IMG/VR virus record: IMGVR_UViG_3300031998_000082 | Length of the DNA: 64,000 nt | Strand: one strand, 5' to 3' | From: an uncultured virus (IMG/VR IMGVR_UViG_3300031998_000082) | Taxonomy: Duplodnaviria > Heunggongvirae > Uroviricota > Caudoviricetes | Shown here: positions 54,312 through 63,596 of the stretch, piece by piece | Position numbering within the stretch: position 1 is the first letter of the stretch | Layout of the letters: each line of letters starts with the position of its first letter | Position numbers and translations under genes: made by a program | The notes under the pieces: generated by a model | What the model saw: only the letters and a program-made list of their open reading frames with translations | Databases searched by the model: none | Told to the model about the DNA's origin: nothing

Positions 54312-54515
54312 ATGTACAAAGTTATGAAAGCATGTTTATTGATTATCAAGATAGTGCTTGTTGTAGGATTTATATTCGGATTGATTTGTTTCTTTTCTGA
54401 GACATCTGAAGCGAGTGGACTTACATCACAGATTAAATTGTGGATTACTGGTATAGTCATCTGTTTAGGGTGTGGATTAGCTTTAGCATTTATCAAGTAT
54501 GAGGAGGAAAAATGA
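54312..54515 (+). CDS. small two-TM membrane protein
   Basis: Two hydrophobic helices. Confidence 0.6.
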   Translation: MYKVMKACLLIIKIVLVVGFIFGLICFFSETSEASGLTSQIKLWITGIVICLGCGLALAFIKYEEEK

Positions 54516-55699
54516 TATCGTTAGCAGTAAAATATAGACCTAAGTCATTTGATGACGTAACAGAGCAGGAGAGCACCAAAGTGATTTTGAAGCAACAGTT
54601 GGAGAGCAATGAAGTAGAACATGCATATTTATTTTGTGGTGGAGCTGGTACAGGTAAAACAACATGTGCGCGTATTTTTGCATCAGAGATAAATAAAGGC
54701 AAAGGCAATCCTATTGAGATGGATGCCGCGTCAAATAGTAGCGTGGAAGATGTAAGAAACATCATTCAGCAAGCAAAGACAAAGAGTCTGGACAGTGAGT
54801 ATAAAGTGTTTATTATAGATGAGTGCCACGCAATCAGTTTAATGGGCTGGCAAGCTTTTCTGAAGCTTCTTGAAGAGCCACCTGCTAAGAGCATTTTTAT
54901 ATTCTGTACAACAGACCCACAGAAAATACCCAAGACGATTCTTTCAAGGGTGCAGAGATATGACTTTCAGAGAATAAGTCAGCACGGTATTGTATCACGC
55001 TTGGAATATATACTTAACTGTGAGATGGCAGATTTTGATAATTTTTCAGACTTTACATTTACAAAAGATTTTGCAAATAATTGGAAATCAGGAGATGTTG
55101 TCAAGTGTGAGAAGAAATCAGATGGCATATTGGTTGATAGTGTTGCATTGGTAGACAGCATTAAGTTATTGAAACATGGTCATTTCAATTTTAGTATTAA
55201 GTATGACTCCGATGCCCTTGAGTATATAGCCAAGATAGCGGATGGTGGAATGCGTGATGCAATCACACTAATGGATAAAGCTTTATCATACAGTATGAAT
55301 CTGACACTTGAAAATGTTGTGAAAGCACTTGGTGTTACAAACTATGATACTATGTTTCAGTTGACAGATAAGCTGGTGTATGGTGATACTATGGCGATGT
55401 GGTCAATCATAGACGATATACACGCAAAGGGCAAAGATTTAAAGCGATTTATCAAGAGCTATGTGCAGTTTTTACTTGATGTCAACAAATACGCGCTTGG
55501 CTGTGATTGGAAGCAGATGTCAATACCAAGACTTGGTGAGTATGAGAAGAGACTTGATAAGTGGTTAAAAGATAACGACATCTTTACGGATTTGCTGAAT
55601 GAGATTGTAAAGATTGATAATGATATCAAGTATAGTTCCGCACCTAAATACGACATAGAAGCAAGATTACTGCTTTGGATAGAGGGAGGCAAAGAATGA
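54512..55699 (+). CDS. dnaX: DNA polymerase III gamma/tau-like clamp-loader subunit
   Basis: LAVKYRP, GGAGTGKTT, EMDAAS, IIDECH, LKLLEEPP, TILSR, GGMRDA. Confidence 0.9.
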   Translation: MISLAVKYRPKSFDDVTEQESTKVILKQQLESNEVEHAYLFCGGAGTGKTTCARIFASEINKGKGNPIEMDAASNSSVEDVRNIIQQAKTKSLDSEYKVFIIDECHAISLMGWQAFLKLLEEPPAKSIFIFCTTDPQKIPKTILSRVQRYDFQRISQHGIVSRLEYILNCEMADFDNFSDFTFTKDFANNWKSGDVVKCEKKSDGILVDSVALVDSIKLLKHGHFNFSIKYDSDALEYIAKIADGGMRDAITLMDKALSYSMNLTLENVVKALGVTNYDTMFQLTDKLVYGDTMAMWSIIDDIHAKGKDLKRFIKSYVQFLLDVNKYALGCDWKQMSIPRLGEYEKRLDKWLKDNDIFTDLLNEIVKIDNDIKYSSAPKYDIEARLLLWIEGGKE

Positions 55700-56529
55700 C
55701 AGGTCAGAAGAGATTACAAGATATATTTAAGATGCTTATACACAACAGCGATTTTCCAAGATTTTGCATCTTAACAGGACAGGTAGGAAGTGGTAAAAAG
55801 ACAATGTGCGATTGGATAGTCGATGAGTTCAGAAAATGCAATCCGTCAATCACATCATATAAGCTTCCTGATGTCAAGATAGATACTATACGAGAGATGA
55901 TAGCTACGAGCTATCGCGCAGTGAATCCAATTATCTACATAATCGCAGATGCGGATACAATGTCAGTACAAGCTAAAAATTCACTATTGAAGATAACGGA
56001 AGAACCACCAAATAACGCTTATTTTGTTATGACGCTGGAAAGCACGGAAATGACTTTAGAGACAGTTAAGAGTCGAGCATCGATATTTCAGTTAGACCCA
56101 TATACTTCCGACGAAATTAGAGCATATTCCAAGCGTTTGGGAGTATCTAAAGCAGATGAGCTTGGCATGATTTGTGATATATGCGATGTTCCGGGAGATG
56201 TCGAGCATATGCTGATATATGGAGTTAAGGATTTTTATGGGTATGTCAATAAGGTCATTGACAACATTGATACAGCTGATGGAGCAAATGTTTTTAAAGC
56301 ATCTGTCAAGTTAGCTTTACGAGACGATGAAGGATATGATGTAAAACTGTTTTTACGAGCATTTATGGCAGTGTGTGCGGAGCGTATGAAGAAAGAGAAT
56401 CCGCTTAAATATGCGACAGGTACATCAATCACAAGTAAGTACATGAGTCAGCTTGGCATTAGAGGTGTATCAAAGTCAATGTTGATTGATGCTTGGATAA
56501 TCGAAATGCGAAGATATTGGACGAGGTGA
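55696..56529 (+). CDS. holB: DNA polymerase III delta'-like clamp-loader subunit
   Basis: GQVGSGKKT, AKNSLLKITEEPP, TVKSR. Confidence 0.8.
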   Translation: MTGQKRLQDIFKMLIHNSDFPRFCILTGQVGSGKKTMCDWIVDEFRKCNPSITSYKLPDVKIDTIREMIATSYRAVNPIIYIIADADTMSVQAKNSLLKITEEPPNNAYFVMTLESTEMTLETVKSRASIFQLDPYTSDEIRAYSKRLGVSKADELGMICDICDVPGDVEHMLIYGVKDFYGYVNKVIDNIDTADGANVFKASVKLALRDDEGYDVKLFLRAFMAVCAERMKKENPLKYATGTSITSKYMSQLGIRGVSKSMLIDAWIIEMRRYWTR

Positions 56530-56534
56530 TGCAT

Positions 56535-57464
56535 ATGACACTTGCAGAGCTGAAAGCTGAAATGATGTCAGGTAGAATGCGTCAGATATACATTTTTACA
56601 GGCACCGAGATTGAAGTTAGAGGAATCTATCTAAAGCAGATAGCAAAGCTTGGCAAGTTTGAAATCAAATGGATTGATGAAGTTTCAGACATAATACAGT
56701 CAAGCAGAAAGAAATCCATGATAGCTTCAAAATCATTATATGTTCTGTCTGAATCATCAGAGATTTTGAAAAATGATAAAGCACTTGAAGCAGTGCAGAG
56801 ATGCATAGGAAAAAATATGCTTGTGTGCATGTTTACAACGCTTGATAAGCGCGTTAAACTGTACAAGCAGTATAAAGATATCATCGTAGAATTTGAGACG
56901 CTTAAAAGCGAAATCCTGAAGAAATACATACAAAAGGAAATCGGTCTGTCAGATAAAAACTGTACGAGATTGATGGAGATATGTGAAAACGATTATGGTA
57001 GATGTCTTTTGGAGATTGATAAGATAAAGAGATTTCATATAGTCACAGAGCGATTATACGACCAGTCTTTTATATCATTACTTCAAGATGGAACGATATA
57101 TCAGCCCGCCAAAGATGTTATCTTTGATTTTGTAGATGCTGTAATGCAGAGAGATGCCTATACGGCATTTAAGCTGATGCAGGAAAGCTATGACAGCGGT
57201 GAAGCTACGTTGGTGATGATATCGAATCTATACAGCAACTTTAAAGCGACATTGCAGGTAAAATCGTGCAAAAGTCGAGACATCGCAAAGAGTACAGGAT
57301 TAAACACTTGGCAGATAAACAACGCTAAAAAACACATAGGCAATTATTCTGTCAAAGAGCTAATCAATGCAATGCAGATTATACGCAATGCAGAGGTTGG
57401 TATAAAGTCAGGATTGATTGATGAAGAGGTAGCAGTACCACAGATTTTAGTAAATATTTTATGA
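56535..57464 (+). CDS. holA: DNA polymerase III delta-like clamp-loader subunit
   Basis: IYIFTG.E, LDKR.KLYK, EIDK, IFDFVDA, IKSG. Confidence 0.75.
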   Translation: MTLAELKAEMMSGRMRQIYIFTGTEIEVRGIYLKQIAKLGKFEIKWIDEVSDIIQSSRKKSMIASKSLYVLSESSEILKNDKALEAVQRCIGKNMLVCMFTTLDKRVKLYKQYKDIIVEFETLKSEILKKYIQKEIGLSDKNCTRLMEICENDYGRCLLEIDKIKRFHIVTERLYDQSFISLLQDGTIYQPAKDVIFDFVDAVMQRDAYTAFKLMQESYDSGEATLVMISNLYSNFKATLQVKSCKSRDIAKSTGLNTWQINNAKKHIGNYSVKELINAMQIIRNAEVGIKSGLIDEEVAVPQILVNIL

Positions 57465-57472
57465 GGTGATAT

Positions 57473-58276
57473 ATGGCAAGAAATTTAAAAAATCTTGTAA
57501 AGCTTGTAAACAAAGCTACGGAGCAGATGCCAATAGAAAAAGCATTCTTGCAGGACTTAAAGCGTAGCATAGAGCTTACAGCAAGTAAAAACAGAGGTTC
57601 GGGCAGTAGAACATATAAGCCGAGCGCGATGCATTGCATACGACAGATGGCTTATATCATTTATGGAAAGCCTGTAGATGAAACACCTGAATCTTATATG
57701 AGTATAGGAATATGCAATTCTGGAACAGATACACATCAAAGAATACAGCAGGCAGTGCTTGATATGAAAAGTAATGGCATGGACTGTGAGTATATCAATG
57801 TTGCCGACTTTGTGAAAAGCAGAAATCTTGATTATTTGGAAATTAAACAGGAGCCGGATTTTGAGCATGGTTCATACGAGACAAAGCTTTATCACAAAGA
57901 GCTTAACATGAGCTTTTTATGTGATGGTATAATCAAGTATATGGGTAAGTATTATATACTTGAGCTGAAAACAGAGAACGCGAACAAGTTCTATAACCGC
58001 GAGAATGTGAATCCTGACCACTTCAATCAAGGAATAGCTTATTCAATCGCGTTGGGAATCGATGATGTTGTCTTTGTTTATATCAACAGAGACACATCGG
58101 ATATGAAGTCGTTTATGTTTACGCCAACTGATGATATGAAGCAGGACCTTGTTGGTTTAATATCAAACTGTGACAGCTATATCAAGAAGCTTAAAATACC
58201 GCCTAAGCCTTTGAATATCAGCAAGAAAGCTTGTGAGTATTGTGGATTTAAAACACAGTGCAGAAAGGACGGATAA
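57473..58276 (+). CDS. Cas4-like PD-(D/E)XK exonuclease
   Basis: PS..C.R, GT..H, CDG..LELKT, Q..Y and C-terminal C..C.F...C Fe-S pattern. Confidence 0.8.
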   Translation: MARNLKNLVKLVNKATEQMPIEKAFLQDLKRSIELTASKNRGSGSRTYKPSAMHCIRQMAYIIYGKPVDETPESYMSIGICNSGTDTHQRIQQAVLDMKSNGMDCEYINVADFVKSRNLDYLEIKQEPDFEHGSYETKLYHKELNMSFLCDGIIKYMGKYYILELKTENANKFYNRENVNPDHFNQGIAYSIALGIDDVVFVYINRDTSDMKSFMFTPTDDMKQDLVGLISNCDSYIKKLKIPPKPLNISKKACEYCGFKTQCRKDG

Positions 58277-58830
58277 TGGCAGTAAACAGGGGCAAGCAGT
58301 TTGAAAGCAAAATCAGAGAAGCATTTGAGAAAGTTGACGGAGTCAGCATTGACAGACTACATGACCAGACAAATGGTTACCTGGGAAGTTCAAATATCTG
58401 TGATTTTATCGTGTACCGAAAGCCGTTCGAGTATTACTTTGAGTGTAAGAGTGTACATGGAAACACTTTGAGCATTCACAGTATTCCGAAAGCAGATAAA
58501 CATGGTGTGTTGCATGGCTTTTATGGAAATATCACAGATACACAGTGGGAAGGGTTGCTTGAGAAGTCAAAGATAGCGGGAGTTACAGCAGGAGTTATAT
58601 GTTGGTGGGTTGACAAAGATGTTACAATGTTTTTGAGCATTCACTTGTTAAAGTATCTGTATGATTCTGGATTTAAGAGTATTCCATACAATCTCATTGA
58701 ACAGGCACCAACGATTGACCTATACTTGAATCGAAGTGCCATTGAGATATCTGGGAAAAAGAAACGTGTATTTTTTGAGTATGATGTGGAACAATTTTTA
58801 AAGGAGGTGACTACTACATGTCAAAAATAA
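58276..58830 (+). CDS. recU: RecU-like Holliday junction resolvase
   Basis: NRGKQFE, CDF, FECKS, Q..GL. Confidence 0.75.
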   Translation: MAVNRGKQFESKIREAFEKVDGVSIDRLHDQTNGYLGSSNICDFIVYRKPFEYYFECKSVHGNTLSIHSIPKADKHGVLHGFYGNITDTQWEGLLEKSKIAGVTAGVICWWVDKDVTMFLSIHLLKYLYDSGFKSIPYNLIEQAPTIDLYLNRSAIEISGKKKRVFFEYDVEQFLKEVTTTCQK

Positions 58831-59348
58831 ATCTCTATGATGAGATTAAATTGGACAAGTTGAAGGATATACAACTTCATGTTGAAAACAGTTCTAAGCA
58901 ACTTAATGACATTGTAGACAGCATAATCAAGCCATATTGTAAGGATTTAGATGATTATGTGCTTTTTATCAAGGATTGTCTTGCAGATGGACAAAATCCA
59001 CCTACAGATGCGGAGCTGGATGATTTTTGCATGAATCTTTCAACATACATCTACTTTGCAGGAGGTATGGTAGAACAGCTTGGAATCAGAGATGATATCG
59101 CAAGAGCTGTATATAAGGAGATGTATCATGCCACAAGAGCATCGCAAGACAAAGGCACTGTAGCTGATAAAGACAGCATTGCCGAGCTTAACAGTCAGCA
59201 AGAGCTATTAACGAGCATATGCTATACAAGAGCGTGGAAAACAATGAAGTCGAAAGTGGAGAACGCGCAAGAGCTTTTACAGAGCTGTAAAAAGGTTCTT
59301 ACAAGACGTATGACAGAGATGGAACTTACAAGAATGGGAGGAAACTGA
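58818..59348 (+). CDS. hypothetical helical protein (possible recombination mediator)
   Basis: GGAGG RBS; lies between recU-like and recA genes. Confidence 0.7.
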   Translation: MSKINLYDEIKLDKLKDIQLHVENSSKQLNDIVDSIIKPYCKDLDDYVLFIKDCLADGQNPPTDAELDDFCMNLSTYIYFAGGMVEQLGIRDDIARAVYKEMYHATRASQDKGTVADKDSIAELNSQQELLTSICYTRAWKTMKSKVENAQELLQSCKKVLTRRMTEMELTRMGGN

Positions 59349-59551
59349 TGGTAAGTTATACACACGCAAAGGGCGGATATAGTTTTGTTCCTACAGATGT
59401 TGGAAATAAGATAGGTAGAATAAGGTCAAAATACTTACCTAATCATCCGATGTACAAAGAAAATTATCAATTCTGTGTTCCTACAGCATGGATTAAAAAT
59501 GGCTGGGTTACAGAAAAATCACGGGAGGAAATCTATGGGAAAAAAGCTTGA
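59348..59551 (+). CDS. hypothetical protein
   Basis: GGAGG RBS; translational coupling. Confidence 0.6.
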   Translation: MVSYTHAKGGYSFVPTDVGNKIGRIRSKYLPNHPMYKENYQFCVPTAWIKNGWVTEKSREEIYGKKA

Positions 59552-60584
59552 TGAGCTTATAAAGAGTATTAACAAAGAGCAAAAAGAAGAAATCATGACC
59601 AAGGGACTCACTAATTATGAGCAGTTTAAGCGCATTCCGTTTACGAGTCCAAGAATGAATTATTGCACATATGGTGGTATACCTGAAGGCAGACTTATTG
59701 AGTTTTACGGCGAAGAAAGCGGAGGCAAGACTACATCAGCTTTGGACATTGTAGCAAACTTTCAGAACATGTATCCTGACAAAGATGTGCTGTGGGTAGA
59801 TTCTGAGAACACATTTGATGTAGAGTGGGCAACAAAGCTTGGTGTTGATGTAGACCGATTGTATATCATACAGCCAAAGTCACAGTCAGCTGAGGAGATA
59901 TTTCAGATAGTGCTTGCTATGATAGAGAGCGGAGAGGTAGGATTAGCTGTTATAGACAGCTTGGCCGCTTTGATGTCAAAGCAGGAAATCGAGAAGGAAA
60001 TCGGAGATGCTACATATGCAGGTATCGCAGGACCGCTTACGAAATTCAGCAAGAAAGCAGAAGTGGCTTGTCATAAGTATCACTGTACGCTTATTGGAAT
60101 CAATCAGGAGCGAGAAGATTTAAAGAGTCAGTGGGGTGGATTAAAGACTCCGGGTGGAAAGTGCTGGAAATTCATGTGTACTATGCGCCTGCACTTCAGC
60201 AAAGGCCAGTACATAGACGATAAAGGCAATCAGCTTACAAGAGGAGCAGAGAATCCATATGGAAATATCGTGCAGATGAGCATCACTAAGACAAAATCAT
60301 GTCCACCGTCACGCAGAACAGGCTTCTATACGCTGACTTACTCTGACGGAATCGATTACGTGCATGACCTCATAGATGTAGCGATAAAATACGGTATTGT
60401 CGAGAAGTCGGGAGCATGGTATAAGATTGTTGATATCGAGAGTGGTGAAGTTATTAATGACAGTTTGCAGGGCATGAGCAAGGTAAAAGATGCTTTGAGC
60501 TGTGATGATAACTTGCTGAAGTATGTGGAAGAGCTTGTAGACCATGCAATGGATATTTCACTTGACAATGCAAGCATAAGTTGA
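59535..60584 (+). CDS. recA: RecA/UvsX-like recombinase
   Basis: GGIPEGRLIEFYGEESGGKTT, VIDSLAAL, INQ, TPGG, KSGAWY. Confidence 0.92.
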   Translation: MGKKLDELIKSINKEQKEEIMTKGLTNYEQFKRIPFTSPRMNYCTYGGIPEGRLIEFYGEESGGKTTSALDIVANFQNMYPDKDVLWVDSENTFDVEWATKLGVDVDRLYIIQPKSQSAEEIFQIVLAMIESGEVGLAVIDSLAALMSKQEIEKEIGDATYAGIAGPLTKFSKKAEVACHKYHCTLIGINQEREDLKSQWGGLKTPGGKCWKFMCTMRLHFSKGQYIDDKGNQLTRGAENPYGNIVQMSITKTKSCPPSRRTGFYTLTYSDGIDYVHDLIDVAIKYGIVEKSGAWYKIVDIESGEVINDSLQGMSKVKDALSCDDNLLKYVEELVDHAMDISLDNASIS

Positions 60585-60696
60585 TATACTGTTAATACGT
60601 CAACAGACATTTTTACTTCATAGTGTAGCCCCATACACATTTTTATCTTTACCCGGGAGAGGAAGTCGTTAGAAACAACGACTTCCTCTCTTTTTT
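60562..60696 (+). ncRNA. candidate ~100-nt small RNA with own promoter and terminator
   Basis: TTGACA(60562)-N17-TATACT(60585) with TGn; no + strand ORF; 16-bp terminator stem at 60655-60696. Confidence 0.5.
60655..60696 (+). terminator. strong intrinsic terminator
   Basis: GGGAGAGGAAGTCGTT-agaaac-AACGACTTCCTCTCTT plus T run. Confidence 0.85.
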
Positions 60697-60737
60697 GTAA
60701 GAAATTTAAAATTCACCAAAAATTTTTTAAAAAAGTG

Positions 60738-60775
60738 TTGACAAATACAAAAACGTGTTATATAATGTTATTGTA
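60738..60775 (+). promoter_or_regulatory. repeated strong early-type promoter, copy 8
   Basis: TTGACA-aatacaaAAACGTGTta-TATAAT-gttattgt. Confidence 0.85.
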
Positions 60776-60807
60776 AGCGAGAGAGATGAGAAAGCGAGGA
60801 CAAAGAT

Positions 60808-61077
60808 ATGACGATTAAAGCGATTAAAGAGCAATACAAGAAATATCAAGTTTCTGGTGGTGAGTATAACAGTTTTGTTGTTTATGATTACAAAGATGGA
60901 AATGGCAAAATCGTGATAGTGGTAAACATGTGTAAGAGCTATGGAAAGTCAGTAACACAGGCAGTCAGAGTCAGCGATGGCAAAGAGATGATGAAGCGCG
61001 ACAGATGCCGTCCTTGCGATAACTTAGATGATGCAATCGATGTAGCTGGCGAGATGATGGAGAATTGGGAGGATTGA
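60808..61077 (+). CDS. hypothetical protein
   Basis: GAGG RBS after promoter. Confidence 0.7.
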   Translation: MTIKAIKEQYKKYQVSGGEYNSFVVYDYKDGNGKIVIVVNMCKSYGKSVTQAVRVSDGKEMMKRDRCRPCDNLDDAIDVAGEMMENWED

Positions 61078-61080
61078 GAT

Positions 61081-61356
61081 ATGACAATTAAGATTAAAGA
61101 TTGGATATACAAGAAGATTCAGAGCGATGCATTTACAAAAGGTAAGACAATTATTTGGGAAAAGCTTCTTGATTACGATGATAAAGGTGAGGAAATCGAG
61201 CTTTTCAGCATTAAGGTTAATAGTGTTGTGAAAGAGACAGAAAAGGCAATTTGTTATGATTGCTGTTATTGGTATCACGGAACATACAGTCAGAGAGTCA
61301 ATTTTACTGAGTACACTGGTTACAAAGTATGGATCCCTAAGTCAGCAATAGCTTGA
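61081..61356 (+). CDS. hypothetical protein (ETEKA..WIPKS motif family)
   Basis: GGAGG RBS; KETEKAI..VWIPKS. Confidence 0.7.
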   Translation: MTIKIKDWIYKKIQSDAFTKGKTIIWEKLLDYDDKGEEIELFSIKVNSVVKETEKAICYDCCYWYHGTYSQRVNFTEYTGYKVWIPKSAIA

Positions 61357-61369
61357 AAGGAGAGCGCGT

Positions 61370-61573
61370 ATGATAGAGACAATCAAAGAGAAAAAAGTTG
61401 GAAAGAATTGTACAGTGGAGCTTACAGTTACAGATGGTAGATATGCGGTGCGAGGATTCTATGGTGATTGCATCAATTACAACTTTGAGGTATTTAACAG
61501 CTACGAAAAAGCAGAAGCTTTTTATAACAAGCTTAACAGCGTGAAGAAGTGCAAAGCATTTTACGGAATGTGA
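61370..61573 (+). CDS. hypothetical protein
   Basis: AGGAG RBS. Confidence 0.65.
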   Translation: MIETIKEKKVGKNCTVELTVTDGRYAVRGFYGDCINYNFEVFNSYEKAEAFYNKLNSVKKCKAFYGM

Positions 61574-61586
61574 GGAGGTATGAAAC

Positions 61587-61748
61587 ATGAGATGGTGCAG
61601 AGTTTGGTACGAGACTAAAGACGGTATTACACATTACAAAGATTATATCGCATATGATGAAGATATAGCGCGGGAGCGTTTTGAAGCAAGTGAGGATAGT
61701 AAAGACTGTATAATACAGGGTTTTGAGACATGGAAAGATGAGGATTAA
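61587..61748 (+). CDS. small acidic hypothetical protein (53 aa)
   Basis: GGAGG RBS; fills gap before next promoter. Confidence 0.6.
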   Translation: MRWCRVWYETKDGITHYKDYIAYDEDIARERFEASEDSKDCIIQGFETWKDED

Positions 61749-61773
61749 AAATTGTAAATTTTTTAAAAAGTGC

Positions 61774-61811
61774 TTGACATATCTTTAAACGTGTTGTATA
61801 ATGTTATTGTC
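61774..61811 (+). promoter_or_regulatory. repeated strong early-type promoter, copy 9
   Basis: TTGACA-tatctttAAACGTGTtg-TATAAT-gttattgtc. Confidence 0.85.
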
Positions 61812-61844
61812 AGATGAGATGAGACACTTGAAAGGAGCGAGCCT

Positions 61845-62144
61845 ATGAACATCGAAAAAATCAAGAGCGCATTAGCCAAGAAGTTTAAAGACGAGCAAAG
61901 CGGTTTTACCAAGAAAGACATCATTATCGAGAAGGTCAATAACAATGAGATTTGGATAAAGATACGCGATTACGAAACAACGCCGATATCAATCAAGCAG
62001 GACAGAGATGAGTATTTTGGATATGTGCTTTTCATTCGTGATGAGTTTACCGAGGAATATATTGAGATGTGTGAAAGCAAGATTGATTATCCGTGGGAAA
62101 ACGCAGTAAAGATTGTTGGATACTACATAGCATCGAGATTCTAA
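61845..62144 (+). CDS. hypothetical protein
   Basis: AGGAG RBS after promoter. Confidence 0.7.
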   Translation: MNIEKIKSALAKKFKDEQSGFTKKDIIIEKVNNNEIWIKIRDYETTPISIKQDRDEYFGYVLFIRDEFTEEYIEMCESKIDYPWENAVKIVGYYIASRF

Positions 62145-62166
62145 GACATCGAAAGGAGAAAACACT

Positions 62167-62466
62167 ATGAGAGAGATTAAAAAATGGACAAAAGAAGCTG
62201 AGAGCATCAATGCGATTTTCAACGATAAGAAGTGGAGCAACAAAGGCAGTATTTACGATGCATACGGTAAGCCTTCAGCAAAGAAAGTCAGCATCTGGAA
62301 AGCGATTGAGAAAAGAGCAAAAGAGACAGCTGGCTACAATGATGACTTACGAGTTGTCAGCAGAAACGGGTACTTATTCAGCACGATGTACAGTTTTACA
62401 GTAGATGGAACGACCTACATCGTGTACGATACAAAGAGCGATACAAAGATGACAGAGCTTGTTTGA
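62167..62466 (+). CDS. hypothetical protein
   Basis: AGGAG RBS; YDAYGKPS.KK..IW motif. Confidence 0.7.
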   Translation: MREIKKWTKEAESINAIFNDKKWSNKGSIYDAYGKPSAKKVSIWKAIEKRAKETAGYNDDLRVVSRNGYLFSTMYSFTVDGTTYIVYDTKSDTKMTELV

Positions 62467-62481
62467 TGCGGAGGTGATTGC

Positions 62482-63048
62482 ATGATTACAGCATTAAAGA
62501 ACTGGAAAGGGTCAGTAGCAGTCAACGGAGAAAGTTATGACAGCATACAAAGCGCAATTTCAGCTTTTAAGACGTTTAATGGTCCGATACATATAAAGTT
62601 ATCACCGAAGAAGGAAACAGTGCTTAAAATCGATTCTGATGCATCACAGAGCATACAGAGCACCAGTCCAAAGCTTGGAGAGATTCAGATAACTGTTAAG
62701 AAGTACATGACAGAGACAGCAACCCCGCTTTTTGACTTCATGGCTAAGTGGAACAATAATAATCCCATGCCCATGCGAATAATGACAGGTACAAAAGAGA
62801 AAGAGACGCGAGGTATGGTTTACATGAAACTTCATGGATTAGCTAAGCCTACAATTACTTGTTGCTGTTGTGGCAAAGAGCTTACTAACCCAATATCAAG
62901 AAAGTACGGAATCGGTCCTATCTGTCTTAGCAAGATAGGAATCAATCTTGATATAAATGATGTTGATGGCATCAGCGAAAAGCTTGTTGATGTAAAGTGG
63001 GAAGGTTGGATAATAAAGTCAGCGATTACAAAGGAGGAAGAGGTATGA
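62482..63048 (+). CDS. hypothetical protein with DUF6011-like zinc finger
   Basis: CCCCGKELTNPISRKYGIGPIC. Confidence 0.7.
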   Translation: MITALKNWKGSVAVNGESYDSIQSAISAFKTFNGPIHIKLSPKKETVLKIDSDASQSIQSTSPKLGEIQITVKKYMTETATPLFDFMAKWNNNNPMPMRIMTGTKEKETRGMVYMKLHGLAKPTITCCCCGKELTNPISRKYGIGPICLSKIGINLDINDVDGISEKLVDVKWEGWIIKSAITKEEEV

Positions 63049-63344
63049 TTAGTGCAGAGTTTGAGAGTAAGAGAGTTGGTGCAAAAAATTGGCTTGATAA
63101 TGTAGTAAAGCACCAGAAAGCTTTACTACATTACGGAAACAAGAATTACAACGAGTTTGGAATAACGATTGCTGGATTAGAAAAGTCAATACACATTTAC
63201 AACAACGGAAATAACAATCTTGAGACTTTAGCTTTTTATCTTGGCAAGACCATAACATATGAGCCTAACGTTTATGACGATATGGGACGTATGTCGTTTG
63301 AATACGATGGATTTACAGTATTTCAGCTTTGGGAGAAGTCATGA
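63045..63344 (+). CDS. hypothetical protein
   Basis: GGAGG RBS; translational coupling. Confidence 0.65.
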   Translation: MISAEFESKRVGAKNWLDNVVKHQKALLHYGNKNYNEFGITIAGLEKSIHIYNNGNNNLETLAFYLGKTITYEPNVYDDMGRMSFEYDGFTVFQLWEKS

Positions 63345-63595
63345 TATATAAACTTGAAAAGAGAGGTAGCAGTCTGGTGATACCTACCAGACTGTACAAC
63401 TTCTTGATGCAGAATAAGATACCAATCATTTATGATTTTGAAAACAGCGGGATAAATCTTGATGAAGATATCATAGAACGCATCAGAACGCTTGGAAATG
63501 ACGATTTCATATCTCAGACGATAAAATATACTACTGAGACACAAAAGACGCTTAAAACGCAAAATACGCGCTTACACAAGAGGAGGTTAATTTAA
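63341..63595 (+). CDS. hypothetical protein
   Basis: ATGA overlap with upstream gene. Confidence 0.55.
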   Translation: MIYKLEKRGSSLVIPTRLYNFLMQNKIPIIYDFENSGINLDEDIIERIRTLGNDDFISQTIKYTTETQKTLKTQNTRLHKRRLI

Positions 63596-63596
63596 C

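Noticed and set aside
55020..55195. Intein in DnaX
   Set aside because: Too short and lacks the terminal HN-[C/S/T] and block B motifs
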